From the UHGV virus genome UHGV-0205572: 5,746 nt of DNA. One strand, written 5' to 3'. Each line of letters opens with the position of its first letter. The first letter of the stretch is position 1. The DNA is from a virus. Positions 1 to 5,476 of this stretch are shown here, one piece after another. The position numbers were made by a program, and so were the translations under genes. The notes beneath the pieces are model-generated. The model was given only the letters and a program-made list of their open reading frames with translations, ran no database searches and was not told the origin of the DNA.

Positions 1-86
1 ATATCTAAGATTGATTGTAGGGCTGCTATAAACCAGCCGCCCCACTTGATTATACTTTCAATTATACTTTTTTCTTTTGTTCCCAT
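1..86 (-). CDS. Small peptide ORF30, MGTKEKSIIESIIKWGGWFIAALQSILD(MV*); if circular it ends at TAA 5742-5740
   Basis: ATG at 86-84 with AAGGGA about 7 nt upstream. Overlaps the end of ORF80 and is open to the window edge. The last two codons depend on exact circularity. Confidence 0.6.
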   Translation of the reverse strand, partial: MGTKEKSIIESIIKWGGWFIAALQSILD

Positions 87-300
87 TTTTTTTCCCTTTA
101 AAGTAGTTTTTAATTCTGTCACAATAGCCCTCATTAATCGGTGTGTATGCATTACAACATATGAGTTTATTGTTTTCTTCTGTGCTCCAAGTAAATGGAA
201 TTTTTTCGCTTTTAAGAACCTCAACGATTGTTACAGCTGTTTGGTTGTTAAAAGTTTTGAAATCGCTATTACTGGTTGAGATTGTGTAGAGTTTAGTCAT
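58..300 (-). CDS. Hypothetical protein ORF80, 80 aa, Lys-rich C-terminus
   Basis: SD AAGGA 8 nt before the ATG. The start overlaps the end of VP5, and it fills the gap on the coding strand. Confidence 0.72.
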   Translation of the reverse strand: MTKLYTISTSNSDFKTFNNQTAVTIVEVLKSEKIPFTWSTEENNKLICCNAYTPINEGYCDRIKNYFKGKKNGNKRKKYN

Positions 301-580
301 TACTATTTTCCTTTGCTTTTTTTGCCTCTTCTTTTGCGGCTGAAATAATGGTTTCAGCTTCTGCGACTACTGCTGCTTTGCAGGCTGTAACTTTCAGATT
401 TTCATCGATTTCGCCTACTTTGATTAAACAATAATCTTCCGGGTGTCTGATGTATTCAGGAATTTTTTTGCAATATTCCTCATAATCTCTGGCAGCTACA
501 AGGTCATTTGCGCGCATAAAAATTTCAGTCGCGTCTTCAAGTTTTTTATCAACCAATGCGTAAATTCCACGTGTTTTCAT
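293..580 (-). CDS. VP5: Nonstructural protein VP5, 95 aa
   Basis: IYALVDKK, NDLVAARDY, HPEDYCLIKVGEIDE match the gokushovirus VP5 pattern (iYsi.D.k...nd..A.R.f...hPeDf.L..lGe.De). SD AAGGAG lies 8 nt before the ATG. Confidence 0.88.
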   Translation of the reverse strand: MKTRGIYALVDKKLEDATEIFMRANDLVAARDYEEYCKKIPEYIRHPEDYCLIKVGEIDENLKVTACKAAVVAEAETIISAAKEEAKKAKENSND

Positions 581-618
581 ATATTTAACTCCTTTGAAAA
601 ATTTTTTTGTAATTCATC

Positions 619-656
619 GGAGAGAATAAATTTTAAATCGTTGATTTATTCTCCCC
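619..656. repeat. Inverted repeat/hairpin upstream of VP5
   Basis: GAGAATAAAT (622-631) / ATTTATTCTC (644-653), extended by GG/CC, with a 12-nt loop. TTTT follows on the + strand. Confidence 0.65.
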
Positions 657-663
657 TTTTCCC

Positions 664-691
664 TCTAAACATAATAATATTTGATAGCAGG
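664..691 (-). other. dif-like site CCTGCTATCAA-ATATTA-TTATGTTTAGA
   Basis: 11-6-11 layout. The XerD-like arm matches E. coli TTATGTTAAAT at 8/11, and the XerC-like arm matches GGTGCGCATAA at 5/11. Non-coding location. Confidence 0.4.
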
Positions 692-774
692 GCGTTTGCC
701 TGTTACGTTTTGCTTATCGTCCTAACCTTGACTGCACTATGGCGACCGTGGTAAGGCAAACGTTAATTCCCTGC
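687..774. other. Branched stem-loop in the VP4-VP5 intergenic region (candidate single-strand origin, attP scaffold or structured RNA leader)
   Basis: GCAGGG (687-692) / CCCTGC (769-774); CGTTTGCCT (693-701) / AGGCAAACG (754-762); TAC/GTA; small inner hairpin at 735-750. It is a GC-richer island in AT-rich flanks. Confidence 0.7.
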
Positions 775-783
775 CGTGATTTA

Positions 784-812
784 ACGTTATTTAAATCGTT
801 TTTTAAAGTCAA
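784..812 (-). promoter_or_regulatory. Putative sigma70-type promoter for the VP5-to-VP2 transcript
   Basis: TTGACT (812-807), 17-nt spacer, TAACGT (789-784), with an A-rich tract upstream, in the only long intergenic region. Confidence 0.5.
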
Positions 813-841
813 TACTTTTTTTCGTTTTTAATGCACTTTTT

Positions 842-1909
842 TTATTGTATTATGTTATCTCTATGTAATTTTGGAATTTTTTTATATAAAAGTCTTTCTT
901 GCTCTTGTAAATAAATTTTTTCCTTTTCTTCATAGTCTTTAGTTGGATAGGTGTACTTGTCTAGAATTTCTTTCCAGGTTTGCTCTCCTCTCTTGCGGTT
1001 TTCGAACGCCCATCTGTGAAAATCTTCCCAATCCATTTCTTCCCATTTCTTTTTAAATAATTTGGGGATTTTTTTAATATTTTGCTTGACAAGTATTCCT
1101 GAGTTTCTCTTTATCTTTTCAAAATCTTCGTAGAACTTTTGTAAACCGATACCGCCGTTTCTTGACATATTGATAAATTCTGGTTCAACTTCTTTTTTAA
1201 TCGTTCTCCGGCATTTTTTAATTCTGTATTTTCCGTTTTCTTTGACGATTTTTCTGTATGTTTCTATTTTTTTCTCCGCTAATCCCCATTTTTTCATACA
1301 ATATCTTGCGACATAGCACGCGCTTTCGTACGTTGCTTCTCCCACAGTAACAAATCCGTGTCCCCATATTTGTTCCAGTTCTTCTGATATATATAAAGGT
1401 TGTTCTTGTTGGTTTAATGTCCATAGTTTTAGGTCTTTTGGTTTGTATCCGAAAATTATTGCGTGATAGTGTGGTCTTCCGTTTTTGGGTCCGTATTCTC
1501 CTGCTGCGAAAAATCTTATTTTAATCTCCGGGTGCTTTTTTCTGAGCCTCTTCATAAAGTTTGAGAAATCTTTTAAATAAAGTGTTGGCTTGCCGTCTTT
1601 GTTTCTAGGCAGGTTGTATTTGTATTTATTGCCACCTGTCCTTTTTGCTATGCGTAAAGCGTCATTGTATGTTAGTGTTATGAAACAGTTATCAGTATGG
1701 CAGCTGCATTCCATGGCGCACCTGGTCGCCCATGTGTTAGCGTGGTCTAATATACACCCAATACATTGCCCACAAGGTACTTTTAATTCGTAATATCCTG
1801 GATATGGTTTGAATTTTGCTTTGTTCAAATCGTGTAGCATTTCTTCGGTAGGTCGTTCTGCTGGATAAAATCCTCTTATGTAGATTTTTCTAGGATGGAA
1901 ACAGGTCAT
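842..1909 (-). CDS. VP4: Rolling-circle replication initiator VP4 (HUH endonuclease), 355 aa
   Basis: N-terminal MTCFHP and VPCGQCIGC; RCR motif I FITLTY; motif II GEYGPKNGRPHYHAIIFG; motif III YVARYCMKK with two Tyr; downstream PEF..MSRNGGIG. Confidence 0.97.
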   Translation of the reverse strand: MTCFHPRKIYIRGFYPAERPTEEMLHDLNKAKFKPYPGYYELKVPCGQCIGCILDHANTWATRCAMECSCHTDNCFITLTYNDALRIAKRTGGNKYKYNLPRNKDGKPTLYLKDFSNFMKRLRKKHPEIKIRFFAAGEYGPKNGRPHYHAIIFGYKPKDLKLWTLNQQEQPLYISEELEQIWGHGFVTVGEATYESACYVARYCMKKWGLAEKKIETYRKIVKENGKYRIKKCRRTIKKEVEPEFINMSRNGGIGLQKFYEDFEKIKRNSGILVKQNIKKIPKLFKKKWEEMDWEDFHRWAFENRKRGEQTWKEILDKYTYPTKDYEEKEKIYLQEQERLLYKKIPKLHRDNIIQ

Positions 1910-1928
1910 TTTTACTTACTTTTTTATC

Positions 1929-1972
1929 AAAAAAGGTCAGCCCGTATACCACTTGATATATAAGGGCTGACC
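1929..1972 (-). terminator. Intrinsic terminator-like reading of the origin hairpin at the end of the structural operon
   Basis: The minus strand reads GGTCAGCCC-N20-GGGCTGACC-TTTTTT, located after ORF59 and before rep. Confidence 0.55.
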
Positions 1973-1978
1973 GACACC
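1935..1978 (+). other. Putative double-strand (rolling-circle) origin hairpin; predicted nick CTTG^ATA between 1955 and 1956
   Basis: Stem GGTCAGCCC (1935-1943) / GGGCTGACC (1964-1972) plus an inner TATA/TATA pair. The loop CCACTTGATA (1949-1958) matches 9 of the first 10 nt of the phiX174 origin (CAACTTGATA). It sits next to the rep start. Confidence 0.8.
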
Positions 1979-2023
1979 TTTGTAATTAAGGTGCTGTTAA
2001 TACAGCCGTTTTTCTCGGTCGTA

Positions 2024-2203
2024 CTATCCGCCGAATTTCCCAAAGAGTTCGATTGCGGATTTAATTCTTTCAAACCCGGTCTTGCCGTTTTGAAGTCCTT
2101 TGATTGAGTTTAACATTCCGGCAGTTTCTGAATAACTTTTTGCCGCTTTAGCTGCCGATGTTGTTAAACTTTTAGCATTGCTTTTCATTTGTCCATAATT
2201 CAT
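2024..2203 (-). CDS. ORF59, 59 aa pilot-like peptide MNYGQMKSNAKSLTTSAAKAAKSYSETAGMLNSIKGLQNGKTGFERIKSAIELFGKFGG; a separate gene or a frameshift extension of VP2
   Basis: Translated by hand. TAATG overlap with the VP2 stop, GGGAG 9 nt before the ATG, TAG at 2026-2024. Its Ala/Ser/Lys/Gly composition resembles the VP2 C-terminus. Confidence 0.7.
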   Translation of the reverse strand: MNYGQMKSNAKSLTTSAAKAAKSYSETAGMLNSIKGLQNGKTGFERIKSAIELFGKFGG

Positions 2204-2874
2204 TACTTTAAACTCCCTAAAAATTTAGAAAATCCTTTTCCTGTAGAAAATACTTTAGCAGCACTGCTTGCTCCTTTTATTGCTTTCCCTAGCCCTGTCA
2301 TTCCAATTAGTGATAGAGCAGTTGTGGCGATATTTCCGCCGCTTGGGTCTGTACCGAATAGCGCTGAACCTGCGCCGCCTTTGATACGCGCTGTTTCTTG
2401 TTCGTATTTTTTTGCAGAACTGCTGCTTGCTTCTCCAGATTTAAGTAAGTTGTATATTTCAGCCTCTTTAAGCCCACTTCCGTACTTGAGCTTAAGGAAG
2501 TTATCAACTGCAATTCCTTTCCGCTGCTCGTTAAGTAGTTCTGTATTAGCCGTCGTACTTCGGGTTTCGTTGATAGCTCCGCTAATTCCTGACAAAAGTC
2601 CTGCAAGGTTTCCCATTTGACTACCGGCTTGCCCCCCGGTGCTGCCACTTCCAGCAATTGCCCCGGCTGAAGAACCGGTAGCGGTAAGGGCACGATTAAA
2701 CCCGGCTTTCTCCAAATCGTCGGCTTCCCATTGATGTGCATTTTGTGCGAATTCCTTTTGTTGTTGATAAGATAAAGCATTAAGCCCTAGTTGGTATTTG
2801 TTCTGCTGTGCAGCAGATGAGCTTGCTCCTGTTAAATTATTTATAAAACCGCCTACGCTGCTGAATAATCCCAT
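2203..2874 (-). CDS. VP2: DNA pilot protein VP2 (H-like), 223 aa
   Basis: Gly/Ala/Ser-rich N-terminus (MGLFSSVGG), Gln-rich helix, and the hallmark NAHQWEADDLEKAGFNRAL (cf. AHQREVADL.AAGLNP.L). Lies downstream of VP1, with SD AAGGA 8 nt before the ATG. Confidence 0.92.
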   Translation of the reverse strand: MGLFSSVGGFINNLTGASSSAAQQNKYQLGLNALSYQQQKEFAQNAHQWEADDLEKAGFNRALTATGSSAGAIAGSGSTGGQAGSQMGNLAGLLSGISGAINETRSTTANTELLNEQRKGIAVDNFLKLKYGSGLKEAEIYNLLKSGEASSSSAKKYEQETARIKGGAGSALFGTDPSGGNIATTALSLIGMTGLGKAIKGASSAAKVFSTGKGFSKFLGSLK

Positions 2875-3115
2875 TTCTTCTATCCTTTCCTAAATAATAT
2901 TTAACCGTCGATAATTCTTCTAACGTCTGTTTCTGTGATTTGCAGAAATCCGTCTCCGATTGCTTTTCTTGGCAGTCCATTTTTAATTTTAGCCCACATT
3001 TCCTACATTCCCTTATTAGTTCGTCTACTTTGTTTAAGTTATGCCGCCACCTATCAATGTTTTTATTGATAAGTGGCAGCATTTCTTGCCAGTTTTTTTC
3101 AACTGCGTCCGTCAT
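2837..3115 (-). CDS. Hypothetical protein ORF92, 92 aa, between VP1 and VP2
   Basis: TAATG stop/start overlap with VP1. It fills the 240-nt VP1-VP2 gap, looks helical and has a CRKC. Confidence 0.75.
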   Translation of the reverse strand: MTDAVEKNWQEMLPLINKNIDRWRHNLNKVDELIRECRKCGLKLKMDCQEKQSETDFCKSQKQTLEELSTVKYYLGKDRRNGIIQQRRRFYK

Positions 3116-4794
3116 TAGAATTTATCCAACCCCGGAATGCTGAACCTGCTGACTTCGGTTACTTTTGTAATATTAAGTACCGTGTCCATCATCAGCTGGT
3201 GTGTTTTATTAGACTGTACTGTTAATGTTCTGTCTACAAAGTCCGGTGTTTCTGACAACCATTCTTCGGACATCGTCGGTGCATTTTCGTAGTCATCGGC
3301 ATAGTTGTAATACGCAAGGTTTGTCGGTGCTGCTGGAGACATTTCTCCAGTTGCCTCGTTGATTTCCTGCCTGTATTCCTGCCAAGGCATACGGTAGCCC
3401 CATACTTGGTTGTCTGTTGCTGCTTTTCCTGATAAGAATATTTCGGATTTGTAGATTGGCTGCAATCCGATGCTATCATATTCCGGCTGCCAAAAGTCGA
3501 TAGGGTCTTTTTTCTGGAATTGGATATTTAAGCCCTGTGAATACGTGTGGTCTTGTCTTACGCATACCAAGCCCATAATCATGTACCACTGGTCAAATGA
3601 TTTCGTAAACAGGAATGAAGTATCAGATGTTACAGAATACCCAGCCGGTGAGCCTTTTGGTGTTTCGCTGTCTGTGCTTGAGGTCTGCAATACAGTGTCC
3701 ATGTTCAAAGGCATACGAAATCCGCCCAAGTACTCCGGAATATTGTTTGCCAGTTCCGGCGAAACAACACCCCAGCGTCCTTTAATAATTTCTCTGAAAC
3801 GTGTTCCGAAAATCGCTGAACGTTCTTTAATCTGCTGTTGAACCACAACGATACGCAAAGCATTTACAGTTGCTGCGATAACGTTTGTGATATCCGCAAC
3901 CATACCTGAATTTTCTGGGTTTGCTGTTAATCCTAGTGTTTTGTTTCCTATGTATCTGGGTGTTACGTTTGGTGTGTTTACATTCTTTCCGTAGTTTCCA
4001 GCTGCTGCGTTTAGGTATTCTCCCCCGCCATATCCGCCTTGTAAGCCGTAGTTATTTGTTCCGTCGGTTAAGCCGATTGTTTTACCATTTCCTATAACGG
4101 GTACTTCACCACCCGAGAACGGTAATAGCTCTGCGTCGCCTTTCTGTGACTCTGGGACAACCGCTGAAAAATAGTCGTGAAATCTCGCAACATTAAATAC
4201 TTTTTGCATTGCGCCCAGCGTATTAAATGTAATATCGCCGTCATCTCTGTTAATTTCGAAAGGCGCGATAAAGTTCTGGTCTCTAAACCATTCGTTGACA
4301 ATATCCCAGTAGAAGTTGTGTCCGAGCCTTGAAATCCAGATATTCTCTGTTCTTGTATTTGTTCCGCCCGCGTCTTTATTTGCCTGTAAATTTGGTATGC
4401 CAAGGTGATTTAATACGGTATCTTTATCAATAACGTCTCCCGGCGCAATTGTAATACCTGGTAGCTGGTATGTTGTGTCTGGCGCCCATGAGCCCTTGCG
4501 GTTTTCGCCCCAAAATTCCTTTGTATGTCCATACTCGTTGAGCCAGCGGATAGCGAAGAAATAAAAGTCCGCCGTTAAGTTATCCATACTCGGGAATAAT
4601 GAGGTTGTTAGTCTGAAAAAGCTTGATAAGTTCATTGAGAACGTATCGCCCGGTTGCACGAGCATATTGAAGTAGAAAGGCACAAGTTGACCTACGTTAA
4701 AAGTTGTCATGTGTCTTTTGTTGTATTTAAACGTTGTTCTTGGTCTGTTTACGCTGGGTATGCCCGCACTCGCCAATTCTGTATTCCGATCCAT
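3115..4794 (-). CDS. VP1: Major capsid protein VP1 (phiX174 F family), 559 aa
   Basis: Recognisable microvirus capsid motifs: RTTF...TTFNVGQLVP, VQPGDTF, MDNL.ADFYFF, NEWFRDQN, RFHDYF, GTRFREII, PEYLGG, TYSQGL and C-terminal SIPGLDKF. SD AGGAG lies 8 nt before the ATG. Confidence 0.98.
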   Translation of the reverse strand: MDRNTELASAGIPSVNRPRTTFKYNKRHMTTFNVGQLVPFYFNMLVQPGDTFSMNLSSFFRLTTSLFPSMDNLTADFYFFAIRWLNEYGHTKEFWGENRKGSWAPDTTYQLPGITIAPGDVIDKDTVLNHLGIPNLQANKDAGGTNTRTENIWISRLGHNFYWDIVNEWFRDQNFIAPFEINRDDGDITFNTLGAMQKVFNVARFHDYFSAVVPESQKGDAELLPFSGGEVPVIGNGKTIGLTDGTNNYGLQGGYGGGEYLNAAAGNYGKNVNTPNVTPRYIGNKTLGLTANPENSGMVADITNVIAATVNALRIVVVQQQIKERSAIFGTRFREIIKGRWGVVSPELANNIPEYLGGFRMPLNMDTVLQTSSTDSETPKGSPAGYSVTSDTSFLFTKSFDQWYMIMGLVCVRQDHTYSQGLNIQFQKKDPIDFWQPEYDSIGLQPIYKSEIFLSGKAATDNQVWGYRMPWQEYRQEINEATGEMSPAAPTNLAYYNYADDYENAPTMSEEWLSETPDFVDRTLTVQSNKTHQLMMDTVLNITKVTEVSRFSIPGLDKF

Positions 4795-4921
4795 AGTATT
4801 TACTCCTAATAATATCTTGTTTTCTTAAATAGTCTCTCCAGTCAAAACTCTCGTCAAGCCTCTCCCGTCTTTCCATTCTCCACGTTTTGCACTTTCTTAT
4901 TATTTTGTTTATCAAATTCAT
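4727..4921 (-). CDS. Hypothetical basic protein ORF64, 64 aa, bridging VP3 and VP1
   Basis: AAGGGG lies just upstream of the ATG. It covers the 59-nt VP3-VP1 gap and overlaps each neighbour by 68 nt. Confidence 0.5.
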   Translation of the reverse strand: MNLINKIIRKCKTWRMERRERLDESFDWRDYLRKQDIIRSKYYGSEYRIGECGHTQRKQTKNNV

Positions 4922-5360
4922 TTTTAACCCCTTTCGCCCAATCCATGCCGTGTTTTACAAACTCGGAAATGTTATTGTGAAATACTGATTTGATGTCTCC
5001 GTGTAGTCCGTCCCAAAGCTCTCTTGCTTTGTTGGTCTGTTCGAGATAGTCTCTTAAATCGTTGATTTCTCCAAGTGCGTCTCCAATTGTTACGCGCTGC
5101 CGTTCAAGTTCCTTTTGCGCAAGTGTGTAACTCCCGGAATATTTTTTAAGCACTTCTTTGATTTCTGTTCCTTCTCGTCCGGACTCAATCCAGTCTTGGA
5201 CACATAATTCTTTGCCTTTACGAATTACTTTGATATTTTCCGTATTAAATTTTTTACGAGTTCTCCGATATTTATCAAATCCTGCAAACCCGGTATTTTT
5301 GACGTTTTTAGTTTCAATGATAACTTCAACGCCGCTTTTATTATCAATTTTGTCATTCAT
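4854..5360 (-). CDS. VP3: Putative internal scaffolding protein VP3, 168 aa
   Basis: Segments TEIKEVLKKY and DLRDYLEQTNKARELWDGLHGDIKSVFHNNISEFV resemble the VP3 pattern (dI..I..ry / A...F..LP..iR..F.N.p..F). Lies upstream of VP1, with SD AGGTG 8 nt before the ATG. Confidence 0.8.
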   Translation of the reverse strand: MNDKIDNKSGVEVIIETKNVKNTGFAGFDKYRRTRKKFNTENIKVIRKGKELCVQDWIESGREGTEIKEVLKKYSGSYTLAQKELERQRVTIGDALGEINDLRDYLEQTNKARELWDGLHGDIKSVFHNNISEFVKHGMDWAKGVKNEFDKQNNKKVQNVENGKTGEA

Positions 5361-5386
5361 AATAATTCACCTAATAATTAAAATTG

Positions 5387-5476
5387 TTACATTCTGTCGC
5401 CGCCGAACTGCCCTTTTGGGTAGACATTGATTTTTTTAATTCTCATCGCTGTTCTTGAAAAACTTCCGTTGTTCAT
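5387..5476 (-). CDS. VP8: Small DNA-binding/packaging protein VP8 (J-like), 29 aa, MNNGSFSRTAMRIKKINVYPKGQFGGDRM
   Basis: Translated by hand (absent from the ORF track). FSRTA..KKIN..P...GG.R-hydrophobic matches the gokushovirus VP8 C-terminal pattern. SD AAGGAG precedes it, and it has an ATGA overlap with ORF55. Confidence 0.82.
   Translation of the reverse strand: MNNGSFSRTAMRIKKINVYPKGQFGGDRM

Noticed and set aside
21..38. Small hairpin GGCTG/CAGCC
   Set aside because: Only 5 bp, inside ORF30, with no U-tract.
1..60. ORF80 frame stays open past its TGA, hinting at stop-codon reassignment
   Set aside because: Core genes are intact in the standard code, Trp is encoded by TGG, and TGA serves as a stop in VP3 and in the ORF55/VP8 ATGA overlap.
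49..70. Tandem ATTATACTTT repeat giving two TATAAT boxes on the minus strand
   Set aside because: No -35 or extended -10 at proper spacing. Explained by the SII-E-SII duplication in ORF30, and far too short for a CRISPR array.
46..279. 77-aa hydrophobic plus-strand ORF
   Set aside because: Antisense shadow of ORF80/ORF30 with a TTG start and no SD.
443..754. 103-aa plus-strand ORF with a hydrophobic C-terminus
   Set aside because: Antisense to VP5 and runs over the structured intergenic region. No evident SD, and the hydrophobicity reflects the T-rich non-coding strand.
833..860. Stand-alone dif site at the rep stop
   Set aside because: The XerD-like arm is good, but the XerC position is a T-run (GCACTTTTTTT). 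Kept only as a possible pairing partner in the attP finding.
1218..1424. 68-aa alternative-frame ORF inside rep (also 3234-3479 and 4092-4403 inside VP1)
   Set aside because: Lengths are compatible with chance, with no motif or TM segment supporting an overprinted gene.
2189..2620. 143-aa plus-strand ORF
   Set aside because: Antisense to VP2 with no RBS or recognisable motif. The same applies to plus ORFs 1590-1793, 2940-3143, 3470-3841 and 5158-5430.
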